Assembly (NCBI RefSeq): GCF_018350175.1
Contig: NC_058368.1
Coordinates: 87,422,001-87,486,000, forward strand
Origin: Felis catus
Taxonomy: Eukaryota
DNA length: 64,000 nt
Direction of reading: 5' to 3'
Shown: one piece after another, positions 50,290 to 62,440 of the stretch
Position numbering within the stretch: position 1 is the first letter of the stretch
Layout of the letters: each line of letters begins with the position of its first letter
Position numbers and translations under genes: made by a program
The notes under the pieces: generated by a model
What the model was told of the DNA's origin: nothing
Databases searched by the model: none
What the model saw: only the letters and a program-made list of their open reading frames with translations

Positions 50290-51030
50290 CAAACTGGTGC
50301 CCCAGTAACTCAGGACAGTGTCTACTGGAGTTAATGTCAAATCTCACCAGTTAAGGGCTCAGTCACACAAGGCCTCCCCACATCAGATAACAATCTCCAA
50401 GTTAAGATTGTCACTCGTCCTTCTCAATGACAGGTGACTCTAGATTCAAGGGTTTCCATGCCCACTCCCCATCTCAGGTTCAAAAATTTTCTACAATGAC
50501 TCACAGAACTCAGAAAAGCACTTTACTAGTTTATTATAAGTATAGAGCTCAGTAACAGCCAAATGGGAGACACACATAGACAAGGTATTAAGGGCTGGGG
50601 TAGGGCGCAGAGTGTCCAGGCCCTCTGTGGGCACACCACCCTCCCAGCACCCCACACACATTCACCCACCTGAGAGATCTCTGAACCCTCTCACTTGAGG
50701 GTATTTATGGAGGTCCCATTACATATGCACAGATGAACTCAATCTCCAGCGCCTATCCCCTCCAGGGAGTTCAGAAGGTGGTGTTCAAAGTTCCAATGCT
50801 CTAATCTCATGATTGGTTCCTCTGCCAACCAGCCCCCAGCCCAGAGCAAGTCAGGAGCCCCACCTAGAGTCAGCTCATTAGCATAAATTCAGGTAAGGTT
50901 ACAAAGGAGCTTATTGTGATAACGAAAGATGCTCCTCTTACTTATCTCACTCAGTAAATTCCAAGCGTTTTAGAAATTCTGTGTCAGGAACCAGGGACAA
51001 AGACCAAATATATATTTCTTATTATCACAA
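50290..51030. mobile_element. MER21-like LTR
   Basis: AAGGGCTCAGTC...CTCACAGAACTCAG...CTCATTAGCATAAA...CAGGAACCAGGGACAAAGACCAAATATATATTTCTTATTATCACA. Confidence 0.65.
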
Positions 51031-51630
51031 ACTCTCACAGCCATCCTGTCTGGCATGCTCTACTAGTTATCGTGTCCATTCTGTCTAGGAGGAAACTGAA
51101 CCTTAGATGATAATCACAGCATGCACTACAAGGCCTGCTGTGTGTAAGAAATGGTTCTGTGCATCTGGTAGACCACATTCTAAATTGTACTCTGGTACCC
51201 GTACAATTACACATATGCTGTGTATAAGATACTGTTCTATAACCTGGAAGTATTGTACACCGGCATATGTATTGAATTATTCTTACAATAACCCTGTTTG
51301 GTCGGAACTGCTAGTACCATCACTTGACAGGTGAGGGAAGCATGCTACAGAGATGGTAAGTAACAACAGGCCCAAGATCACACCATGAGGGTTGGCAGCT
51401 GAGTTGCTAATCTAAGGCTGTACGGCCCTAAATCCTTTGCTTTCAACATTCCCTTAAACCACCCTTCTCTGAGCCCCAAGCCTGACTGGGAATTTGTCTC
51501 AAAGCTCTTAGTCACCTCGCTTCCCAACATCTCAAAGAATCTTCTTTTCTTTTACAATATTCTCTCCCTAGTGCTGCTTAAAATGTTTATCCCCAGTGTA
51601 CCTGGGGCTCAGGTCAGGATCCCAGGGTAG

Positions 51631-51822
51631 AGGCGCCTGGTTGGCTCAGTTGCTTAAGCTTCTGACTCTTGAATCCAGCTCAGGTCATTATCTTATGGTT
51701 TGTATGATCAAGCCCTGAGTTGGGCTCTGCACCGATAGCAGAGCCTGCTTGGGAATCTCTCCCTGTCTTTCTGTCCCTCCCCCACTCTCTCTCTCTCTCT
51801 CCAAATAAATAAATAAACTTCA

Positions 51823-51865
<43 letters not shown>

Positions 51866-51875
51866 ATATTAAAAA
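51631..51875 (+). mobile_element. CAN-SINE
   Basis: Head, CT tract, (TAAA)n tail. Confidence 0.88.
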
Positions 51876-52112
51876 ATGCTTTAAAAATCTTTCATGCAGA
51901 TAATACACACACACACATGCACACACAAAGCCAACTGCAAAAGCACAGGAAACCTGTATGCCTTATTCACAGCTCAGTCCCCAGGGCTGTGAACAGAGCC
52001 ATTCTAGATAAAAAGTATGACTCAAAATGACTAAAATATCTGAATGTAAAGATATATCTAGAACAACAGCAACAACAACAACAACAAATAGTATGATGAG
52101 GGAATATTCACA

Positions 52113-52155
<43 letters not shown>

Positions 52156-52616
52156 GGCAACAAATTTGTACTAAAGTTCTGCAGTTTATTTTCTTCTAGC
52201 AATGCTGTCACAACCAACTCTAAAGAAAAACCATGAAACTCGCCAAAGTCTGCGAGACTGAGGCCAACCATCCTGGCCTCCTTCAGGAACTCTTCTGCAA
52301 GGGCTTTTCAACCTGAAATTCGATGTAAGAAGGAAAACAGAAGAGGAGGAGGAGATAAGATGGTGGGGGGTGGGGGTGAGGAGAAAGGGGACATTGGGGG
52401 CAGAGAGAGAAAAAGAAAAGAGGGGAAGACTTTTTCATGTCTCAGCCACTGCAAAGCAAAGACCCACCTGAGGGTTCCTGGTGAATCCTTCTGAGTGAGG
52501 GAAACTAAAGCACTCCATGAAAATCTGTTTTCTGCTCCTTTTCCCGCTTCCATTCTTGTTGAAACCCACACCTCCACTTACACGTGCCTCATACAACAAA
52601 TAACATATGTCCTCCT

Positions 52617-53060
52617 TGTAAGGAACAAAGATTGATGATTTATTTAGTCTTCCAGCACAATAGATAACATCTCAGGACAGACCAGGTGAAAGCATCATAG
52701 GTGCATTCCAGACCACAGGCGCTAGACATCTGGAAGCCAAGGTCCCCCTAGCTCCGAAGAATAGTTGACTTATGAGGGACTGCTGGGCACTTGTCCTATC
52801 TAACCAGTTCCTGGATGCCTGAGAGGGCCTACACCAGACCACGATCCTTAGTAGAAACCCCAGACCCAAGAGCAAAGACAAGACTCTCTCCTTTCCTTTC
52901 TACATCTCCCAGTTGGTCTGCTCCTGCACTCTCTTTACACCTTCCATAAACTCTGCTCTCACCTCCTGATGGCTCCTGTTGATTTTCTATCTTGCAGAGC
53001 TAGGGACCCTCCTGGCTGGTCCTGCAGGTCCCCCTCTGGGTCCTCCACAGGCCTGCCTGC
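52617..53060 (+). mobile_element. Possible solo ERV1-type LTR (unassigned)
   Basis: Starts TGTAAGGAAC; pyrimidine-rich R-like segment and CATAAA near 52945. Family not recognised. Confidence 0.35.
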
Positions 53061-53169
53061 ATCCCTCTCACAGGAGCATGCAAAAAAGTCAACATGTTTC
53101 CAAAAGAGGTTCTAGAAAAGATGCCTAGGACTTGCCCAGCTGACATCAATCCTGTACCTCTTAAGTCAG

Positions 53170-53382
53170 AAGAAGTGGGGGGAGGAAGAGGAAGAAGAAA
53201 GGAAGAGAAGGGGGTGAGAGAAAGGGAGGAGGGGGAGGGAGGAGGAGGGAGAGGATATAGAGGGAGGAGGAAGAGGAGGTGAGAGAGGGGGAGGAGGGAG
53301 AGGGAGAGGATGAGGAGGGGGAGGAGGAGGAAGGAGAAGATAGGAAGAGGAGGGGTGAGAGAGGGGGAGGAGGGGGAGGTAG
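53170..53382. repeat. Purine-rich (GGA/GA) tract, left flank of provirus
   Basis: Direct inspection. Confidence 0.9.
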
Positions 53383-53702
53383 TGTTGGAGAAGTGGATAA
53401 AGTACGCCAAAGATGGCTGATTGGACTAAAACAAACTCTGGTCTCTAGCTTAGAGACCCCTCCTGGGGGGGGGGGAGGTCCTTCTTCCTTGTATGCTATG
53501 CACACAACCCCCCCCCCCCACACACACACACAAATATGGAGGCTGATAACTATAAATTACCCTTCCTGCTCGCATTCGGGGCTCAGATCTTTGGAGAAAT
53601 GGTCTCCTCTGAGCCTGCTGGTGTTAAATAAATCTCCAATCCACCAAGGTCTCCGAGTGCTGCTTGGTTTTCCCACCAGCGTTCCAGCCTGATTCCATAA
53701 AA
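53383..53702 (+). mobile_element. 5' LTR (~320 bp)
   Basis: TGTTGGAGAAGTGGATAAAG start, TATAAAT, AATAAA; aligns end-to-end with 59726-60037. Confidence 0.93.
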
Positions 53703-53706
53703 AATT

Positions 53707-53724
53707 TGGTTCACTGACCGGAAA
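53707..53724 (+). promoter_or_regulatory. Primer-binding site, tRNA-Glu
   Basis: TGGTTCACTGACCGGAAA matches TGGTTCCCTGACCGGGAA (complement of the tRNA-Glu 3' end) at 16/18. Confidence 0.8.
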
Positions 53725-54289
53725 CCCAACCGCATTGGCCCATTGCTACCACTGGTTTGGGAGAACAACAAGGTGGTGACAGAATGAGGGATCACAAGGG
53801 AGAGTGCGCGCCCTGCCTAAATTTTGGCAGTCTCCTTCTCTGTCCCCTTCAGGCTGGCCCACTCTGCTGTTTCCACCGGACTCGAGGAGACTCAGCAGAT
53901 GAGGTCCTGGACCCGAGGGTCGGAACCGGTAAGGCTGGGGCCCAATCTAGTCAGGCCCACTTGCAAGAGTGGAAGGGGGACCTGATCACTCCCTGAGACT
54001 TCAGAGGTCTCACAGGTAGGGATTCTATGGCAGGGAATATAATAACTTCTGGTGTGTACGTGAATGTCAATGTGTGACTAGGTCTAGCTTGCCTGCCGAG
54101 TTCGATTCTGTGGCTCCATGGGCAGGTGTCCTTGGGGTCCCCAGGGGGCCATGGAGTCTGAGTGGGCCCATCTGCGATTTCACGATGGATGGCACTTAGT
54201 CTGTGGTGATATCAGAATGGTTTCTGATCATGGGTCGCAGAGTTGGGACCTGTGGGGCTGAGTGTTGCCTAGGTTCCTTCAAGACACGG

Positions 54290-55291
54290 CCAGGCAGGCA
54301 TCTGGCTGGTCTCCTCATTGGAGGGGGCACCCCTATCCCCCTGTCTTTGTGACTCTGCCTCACAGGGGCATTGTGGGGTTGGGATGGGGCAAGGAGAGCC
54401 AGGCAAAGGTTTTAACCACTTTATCTGGAGACTCACCCAGGGAGCCAAAGAAGCGACTGACCGCTCACCTAATGTTCCCCTCTTCATGACTCTTTAGGCT
54501 CCCTCCCCCCTCCCCTGAGCTTGAAACTCCTCCCTGGGAGGACTTGCTGCTGCCACCACTGACCATTTCTCCTCCCCTTCCAGACCAGAGAGACCTCCTC
54601 CACTAGGCCCTGTGGCCAGATTGCACCCTCAGCCAGGCGCAGGCACTCTCCAGATGCCAGTCCACATCCGCTGATATCAAGAGGCTCTCAGGGGGATCAG
54701 AGCAGGGGGCTGAGAAGGCCATAAATATGCCCAGCAGCAAGGGGGGAGGCCCAGAACCTCCTTAGCAAGGGGTCAATGAACCTACTGCAGGGGAAAGGAC
54801 ATTAAAAAGAATAAGTGTCCCAACCAGGGGAAGTCCCAAAACCCCAGCCGAAATCAGGAGGAACCTCAAGAAGGGGACCTTATTGGTCTAGCCAGGATAG
54901 AACCAGACTAAAAGGGGACACTGACTCTCCCTCCCTGTTCCTCTGCTTAATAGATGTGAGGGATTCTCCCTCATTTCCCACGTTAATAGCTATAATTGGA
55001 GCCAACTGTGGTTAGTCTACCTCAGGACAGGGACTTTAAGGAATATTCCCAAGCAGTTGCTGCTTCTGCCTTCCCCTCCCCCTCATGTTTCTTCACCAAC
55101 TTGGGTGTGGTCCTATACCATCCTCAGTGTCTCAGGCACCATTGGTTCCTCCTCCCACCTTCCAAGTCAAGGAGCAAAGTGCACATCCCTCGGATCACCC
55201 ATTTCAGATACCTCCACTGGTGCCCCAAATGAAAATTGACAATGGGGAAAAATTGATTGACTTTTAGGTGGACACAGGTGAAACATATTCG
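54290..55291 (+). pseudogene. Degraded gag and protease remnants
   Basis: Pro-rich p12-like stretch, LRGIRAG..KAINM capsid-like piece, broken CCHC knuckle Q*TYCRG-GH*KNKCP (~54775-54820), protease motif IDF*VDTGETYS (DTG at 55271-55279). Confidence 0.65.
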
Positions 55292-57789
55292 ATGTTTAAA
55301 CTAATTTAAGTTTATCGGACCTGTCTTTAAAGTTATCGGCAAAGGTCAAATAAGTTCATGTTATCTCTGTTGCAATTTGTTAATGATAGGTAATTTTGTC
55401 TGTCTCAAAGTTTTCATGGGTAATTGTTAAGATAACTTTCAAGGTCCTTGGTAACCTGAAACTTTCCAAACAGGATGGAATGCTAAAGCTTTGATTATTG
55501 AACATAGGTTTGTGTTTTTAACTTCTTATTGCTGAGAAATTAAGGCTATTTGGACCTATTGGAAAACATGCTTTGTACTTAATTGGTTCATGAATTTACC
55601 ATCTAAAAAATTTCTGATGTAAACACCTCTCAATTGGTTACTAAGTCCTCAATTGGAGACTAAGGTTTCCTAAGAGTTAAAATTCTGCTAAATGTACTTA
55701 AGACTGATGAAAATAAAGAAAGCAACTCTGTAGGAAAATAGGAGGTATATAAGAAAGATATAAGGAATGGAAATACAGTTTCGTTGAGGGTAGAAGAAAG
55801 TAATTTTATCCTAAATGAGACTGGTTATTTGGAAAGAAATGGCTTTGGGACAAAATTTAGAAGCAAAAGAAAGTTATAGAAAGTTGAGATGAATGGAATT
55901 TTAAAAGCACACTAGTATAAGGTTGAAATACTGCTTTTCTCTCTGCTCAAATGACAAAGTTTTCTTGAACTGTTGATCTGCTTTTGATAAGACAATGCAA
56001 ACAAAGATTTATCCTCTGGGAAAATCAAAGTTTTAGGTCTCATATCTATCAGGTCTTTGATTAGTTAGTTAAAACTTCTGAATGTCAAAGGAGCTAGGTT
56101 TTGATAACAACTATATAATGCTATACATTCACCTTTGGGATCTTTTATTGCCACTTTGGTTGAATAAATAAAATTGTAAGATTTGTAACAATCTGTAATC
56201 CTATTTAGGATGTACTTATGACTTCTGAGGTTTTAACAAACTTCTCAGGATTTAAATGGTAAAGGAAGTCTTCTTGACCAATTAGGCCCTTTTATTTGGG
56301 ATGTTAAGTTACTTGGAAAAGCTCTGTTATACAGTTGTAAACCTTAGATTGTGTTGCACAGGTAAATGCTGTAACTGTCCAAATATATGCAATTCCTAAA
56401 ATTTTAATGTTTGGATATAAGGTCATCACTTAATATTCTGATTACTTGAGATGTTATGTGTCACAGAAATAACCAAATTTCTTTGTCAATTGCATCATAA
56501 TGAACTCTCATCAGATCTTCAATGATGTCTATTTCTGAGATTTTGCCATTTATAATTATTCTTATTCTCTCACAAAATGTGTTTCTTCTTCAAGGAGATT
56601 TATAAAAAGGACTTTGGGGATAAATACAGGTATTCAACATCTTTAAGATTAATACTAAAATGCGTAACAATTTCCAGAACTAAAAAGCTGAATTCAAATT
56701 GAACAAGAATTAGAAACATGGGATTAAATGAACTGAGGAAGATTATACTTCTGTGATTCTTGTTGAAAATATTGCTGGTTCTCTAATGTTTCCTCTCCCA
56801 GATTAAGGAAACTTTCTCTTAAGATATCTATGATATACAAAAATGTCATAAAGTATTCATTTGTAAACTGAAGCATTTATCTTTTCTCTCTACTTAATTC
56901 CCCCAAAATTCAAAACTCTCAATGAGTATTCTTTCTTTCATGACAATTACAATTGGTTGCATAAGTTCAATAAGAATCTATTCATCTTATAACAGGTCAC
57001 CATTTGGAAACACTGGTTATTTTACCAAGACGTTGACTGGAATGTCATATTTGAGGATGACATTCATAGACTCAGATATGACCAGACAGCTTTAAGGAAT
57101 TAGGGTTGGCTTTATAAAACATGGAGCCATAAAGCCCCTTAGAAATGCTGGCCTGGTGCCTTGCTTACAGAGTTCCCAGCAGCCTCACCAGGTGAGTAAA
57201 GAAGGTCACTTCCTGTCAGGTGCAGGAACCTCAGGATATCTTGGGGACCTCATGAAGAGGAATTCATCCAATTCTGCAAGTATTGCAGGCCTGTCTGATG
57301 GCAAGTATTTGGCTTGGCTTCTGGCCGGGAGAGGCTACTAAAAGTTCAACCCGGAGATTCCTTATAAAAGGTTCCAACAAAGCAGACTTTAAAAGATCCT
57401 CATGATCAATCTCTATTCTTGCTGAGCTTATGTAAATGATTAGGCCAGATTTGTTAAGACTGGATTTGTTCTACAAATGCATTGGTCTCAATTTTGCTAT
57501 CTCTGGAAAGGGTGGGTTTTAGAGAGAACAACTATGTTTCAACAATGCACAGTTATGGATGTTAAATGCGAGTTATTATTGTCTTTAAATGTTTGTTGTT
57601 TGCCTAAACTAGACAACTTGAGGTAAACTTCAGAAAATTGTTACAGTATTTCATATATAGGCAATCTTCTGTGCTTGTTATTCTATGGGGATAATAATAA
57701 GACCCCATGGGCATATGATTATTTAAGCAACTGAACAGGATGGATGTCTAAATATGCAAACCATATCTTCCCTAAACCTGGTCTGACAG

Positions 57790-57985
57790 TTACCAGAAAC
57801 CCACCCCTTTCAAAGACTTGGAGGTGGACTTTACAGGCACACAACCAAATAGAGGATTCAGTTTCAGGTATCAGCCCATGGGTCTATCACTCCAGAGCTA
57901 AGAAGGCCAACTCAGAGGAACCTTCAACCTGGCAATGTGATCCAGATCCAGTCAACCCGCTTAAACTGACCCTCAAAAAGACACT
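57790..57985 (+). pseudogene. Integrase remnant with core deleted
   Basis: DLEVDFT (start of IN core) followed closely by GISPWVYHSRAKKA...WQCDPDPVNPLKLTLK (gamma-type IN C-terminus). Confidence 0.7.
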
Positions 57986-58262
57986 GGCCCCTGAGATCTC
58001 CAGCCCTGCTCCAGCCACGCCCCGGAAGCTGGCTGGCCTGCGCATGACAGAAGCTTGAGGAATCAACATGTGGACCAAGCCCAGGTGTTTGGATGCAACT
58101 CTGCCAGCCCTTGCCCCTTACTGGTGCCATAGCCTTGATCTTAATTCTTACTGTTGGGCTGATAGAGAATGCACCAACAAGCTGGACATGGGACAAAAGA
58201 TGCATGCTGGGTCTCACATACCTCCTCTGAATGGGAGAATTATTAAGTATTGCCTTTATATT

Positions 58263-59694
58263 ATGATAACCTATCTCACCCTCACAACTGCCGCTTACCC
58301 ACTTTGCCGCCAGGATTGTTATATGACAATAAGCGGGTCAAGGGCGTTGAGCGCCTTCACCTCCCTTCACAAGATTGCTACAAGGGAAAAACACCCACTC
58401 TCTGTCAGCCACCCAGTGCCCCAAGGACTAAGTATTGGACCGTAGAGATAACCCTAAATGTCAGGAACCCATGTCACAACAAGGGCCTCCAGAGAGGGAA
58501 GCAAGATTGCTACACTTACCTTCCTCAGTGGGGGATCTCGGACTGGGGAGGGTTGCAAGACAGGGCCCTTTAAACATTTATGAAGGATACCCAGGATAGG
58601 GTAATACAAGCCATAAAGGTGACCACTCCCCCGGCAGCCTACCAAGGTTTGAAACTTTCAGCCCTCAATCAGATGCTTACCAAGTCCCCACTCCAACGTT
58701 GGACTAACACTACTCTACCAGTCCTCCATAAAATAGATAATCACACCCAAACCTGCTGGATGTGCTTCCCCTCAGCTGGAGGGCTTACTTAGCCACTCCT
58801 ATCCCTTTGACCTGGGAAGCTCCTGAAAATCTCAAAACCAACACCTCTGTCTTAGTTGGAACCCTGGCCACTGGGGTCCGTCTCACAAATGTCAACAATC
58901 TAACCTGTACAGTCCCTGAAGATAGGAATGGTACCTTTCAATGCGGAAGAAATATAACCTTAAATACAAATTCAACCCTGTGTTCACCCCCTGGGGTGTT
59001 CTATCTGTGTTCTGATTCAGCCTACCGATGCTTAGAGGCCAGTGGACTCAGATATGTTATTCCGTCTTCCTAACTCCAGAGATATCTGTATACACTGAAG
59101 ATCAGCTCCTAACAACCTTTAGCCCCACAGCCTGGGCTAAATGCGCAATCCTGCTTCCCATTCTGATAGCAGCAGGAATTGCGACAGGAATAGGATATAG
59201 GTTCATCCGTAGGATTATACCATAGACTATCTCAAGAGCTAAATGAAGACATGGAACAGGTGGCAGATTCTCTGGTAACCTTACAAAGCCAAATAAACTC
59301 TCTGGCAGCAGTGACCCTCCAAAATAGGCAAGCCCTCCACCTCCTCACTTCAGAAAAAGGAGGGACTTGCATCTTTCTGGGGGAGGAATGTTGTTATCAC
59401 GTAAACCAGTCAGAAATAGTCACAATTAAGGTTAAGGAACTCAAGGAAAGAATTCAACTTAGAGAACAAGAGAGTATCAATCAATGGAAAGGATGGGATC
59501 TCACAGATTGGGCATCCCGGCTTCCTGTCCTGGCGGGGCCCCTCGTCTCCATAATTTTACTTGTATCCATTGGCCCTTGTGTACTGAATGCCATGGTACA
59601 TTTTATTGAAAACACTGTTCCTCGCCAAACTACTGACCATATCTTAGCCTTCCGAGAGTACCAACCTGTAAAACTGAAAGGTGATGCCTACTAA
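58263..59694 (+). pseudogene. env pseudogene, HERV-W/syncytin-1-like (RDR group)
   Basis: Across frameshifts: SDWGGLQDR (58538-58564), YQGLKLS, CWMC (58754-58765), TSVLVG..NLTC, decayed furin site, ISD LQNRQALHLLTSEKGGTC, CX6CC, TM anchor, YQPV, stop at 59694. The start is approximate. Confidence 0.88.
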
Positions 59695-59725
59695 AAGTTT
59701 TTTTAAAAGACATCAAAGGGGGGAA

Positions 59726-60037
59726 TGTTGGAGAAGTGGATAAAGTACACCAAAGATGACTGATTGAGCTAAAACAAACTCTGGTCTCTAGCTTAGGGAC
59801 CCCTCCTCCGGGTTCTTCTTCCTTTGTTTGCTGCACATGCAAACCACCAACCACCCCCACATACACAAATATAGAGGCTGATAACTATAAATTACCCTTC
59901 CCACTCACATTCAGGACTCAGATCTTTGGAGAAACAGTCTCCTATGAGCCTGCTGGTATTAAATAAATCTCCAATCCACCAAGGTCTCCAAGTGCCGCTT
60001 GGTTTTCCCACCAACATTCCAGTCATATTCCCTAACA
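59726..60037 (+). mobile_element. 3' LTR (~312 bp)
   Basis: TG...CA termini, preceded by the PPT. Confidence 0.93.
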
Positions 60038-60330
60038 GGAGAGGAGGAGGGTGGAGGAGGAAGGAGAAGAAAGGAAGAGGAGGGGGTGAGAGGGGGAAAG
60101 GAGAAGAGGAGGAGGAAGGAGAAGGAAAGAGAAGAAAGGAGAGTGAGAGAGGTGGAGAAGGGAGAGGGAGAGGATGAGGAGGGGGAGGAGGAGGAAGGAG
60201 AAGATAGGAAGAGGAGGAGGTGTGAGGGGGAGGAGGGGGAGGGAGGGGGAGAGGAGGAGGGGGAGGAGGAGGAAGAAGAAGAAAGGAAGAGGAGGGGATG
60301 GGGGGAGGAGGAGAAAGAGGAGGAAGGAAT
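60038..60330. repeat. Purine-rich (GGA/GA) tract, right flank of provirus
   Basis: Direct inspection. Confidence 0.9.
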
Positions 60331-61156
60331 CGGTGGTCCAGGGGCCTGTGTATGAGGGTGCTGCAGCTGGTGGACCTGCATGGACGTGAGGGTGTGGAGG
60401 GGTTTTGTGGAGGTTGGGGTGTGGTCCAAAAGTGGGACCGTGGCTCAGGGACTCTGTGGCGCCTGGTGTGCCTCTCCTGGCCAGTTGCTGTGGACATTCA
60501 GGTTGGAGGAGCCGGGTCCCCTTCCCATATCATGGGGCTGACCACAGTCTGGAGGAATGGACAGTTTTGAACCCAAAGTTGCCTCAAGCCTCTTCTCGGC
60601 CCTCTCTGATAGTTACAGCAAAGTACAAGGGACCATTTTCCCTCCCGCTATACTCAAGTGTGCAGGGGATCCATTTGTGCAGGACTCCTCTGGGAGGAAA
60701 CGCTTGCTCTTGTGATTTGTATTAAAAATAAATAAGTAAAACCGTGCAGGGCTCGTGGCCCTGCAAAGGTCACCCTTTCACCGAATGTGCCTGCCCCAGC
60801 CGATCCAGCTGTGGACATGACCTCTCCAAGGTGCCTGTGCTTCACCAGTGCCCCTGCAGCCTGGACCCACTACCACAGTGGACTGCGCCCAGTTCCCCTG
60901 CATGTTGTCCTGTTTTCTAGGACGTGTGGTGTGCATTCGAGCACAGATGCCCCGATGCCCTGAACTCCTCAGGATAATCTCTGGCGAAGACTGTAGGAAA
61001 GGCACTCTTGGGCCACAGGCCAGGGAGGCAGGCACAGGCGGCTCTGGGGATCTCCCCTGGGAGGCAGTGTGCACAGAGCACTAATTTTTTTTTTCTTTTA
61101 TAAAGTCTTTTTCAGTCTTCCATCAAGTCACTTTAGTTTTAGAAGGGTGCAGGGTT

Positions 61157-61891
61157 CTATCAACAATAGCCAAAGTATGGAAAGAGCCCAAATGTCCATC
61201 GATGGATGAATGGATAAAGAAGACGTGGTGCGTGTGTGTGTGTGTATGTATATATGTATATGTATATACAATGGAGTATTACTTGGCAATCAGAAAGAAT
61301 TAAATCTTGCCATTTGCAACTACATGGATGGAACTGGAGGGTATTATGCTAAGTGAAATTAGTCAGTCAAAGAAAGGCAAAAATCATATGACTTCACTCA
61401 TATGAGGACTCTAAAAGACAAAACAGATGAACATAAGGGAAGGGAAGCAAAAATAATATAAAACCAGGGAGGGGGACAAAACAGAAGAGACTTTTTTAAT
61501 TTTTTTTTAACGTTTATTTATTTTTGAAATAGAGACAAAGCATGAACGGGGAAGGGTCAGAGAGAGGGAGACACAGACTCTGAAACAGGCTCCAGGCTCT
61601 GAGCTGTCAGCACAGAGCCCGATGTGGGGCTCGAACTCACGGACCATGAGATCATGAGACCATGACCTGAGCCGAAGTAGGCCACTTAACCGACTGAGCC
61701 ACCCAGGTGCCCCCAGAAGAGACTCTTAAATATGGAGAACAAACAGAGGGTTACTGGAGGGATTGTGGGAGGGGAGATGGGCTAAATGGGTAAGGGGCAT
61801 TAAGAAATCTACTGAAATCATTGTTGCACTGTATGCTACTAACTTGGATGTAAATTAAAAAAATAAATTAAATACAAATAAAAAAAAAAAA
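61157..61891 (+). mobile_element. Carnivore L1 3' end with CAN-SINE (61494-61713, minus)
   Basis: Same subfamily as 34680-35420; outer TSD agaag..tgca.ggtt; SINE TSD cagaagagact. Confidence 0.88.
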
Positions 61892-62440
61892 GAAGATTGC
61901 AAGGTTGCTAATAAATCATCCAGCATTGTGCAGGGAGCTCTTACATTAAAGCCCACTCCACTACTGTGGGTACCAGCGTGCACATCTGCCTTCCCTTCTT
62001 CCCTAGCAAGGGGGTACAGCATTCCACAACTCCTAAATCCCAGGAGGAGGTTCTGCCAGAGAATGATGCTTCAGGCTTCATAGTCCCTCCCAGCCTGGGG
62101 AACTTGCCTTTTGTTCCATATTAAAATACAATGGGGGGGGGGGGTGAAATGGGGGAATGTGGCCTAAAGCTACAAATCTCCAGCTACAAAATAAGTAAGT
62201 CCTTGGGGATATATGCACACTGCATTTTAAGAAATACTGATGGTATGGTGCTAAAATGTAGGTGGGAAGGCCCTCTCCCAGTACTTCCTATTGGGAAAGT
62301 TTGAGGAGGCATCAGGAATCAGCATTTTCATTTTCATTATACAGGATACCAGTGTCTCAAAAACAAAAACAAAAACAAAACAACTCAGGGTCTCATATGG
62401 TTACTGTCTTTCACACTTTTTAAAAAACATTCTGGTGTGG

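Larger units (their letters stand above)
53383..60037 (+). mobile_element. Defective ERV1-class provirus: LTR-PBS(Glu)-deleted gag-pro remnant-AT-rich internal-deleted pol-env(W-like)-PPT-LTR
   Basis: Two related LTRs, PBS, PPT AAAGGGGGGAA at 59715-59725, imperfect 4-bp TSD gtag/ggag, and gag/pro/IN/env remnants in the correct order. Confidence 0.93.

Noticed and set aside
49850..50308. 152-aa ORF
   Set aside because: Non-ATG start, no recognisable domain, and it lies between LTR fragments and includes a SINE-head remnant.
58263..59694. env as a functional captured gene (syncytin-Car1, or a suppressyn/Refrex-like secreted SU)
   Set aside because: A frameshift falls within the first ~40 codons, an in-frame stop follows the SDWGG motif, further frameshifts occur, and the furin site is decayed. 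No product containing both signal peptide and receptor-binding region is possible.
59892..60570. Pro/Ser-rich and Glu/Gly/Arg-rich ORFs here and at 53000-53692
   Set aside because: Translations of GGA-rich low-complexity tracts and LTR sequence.
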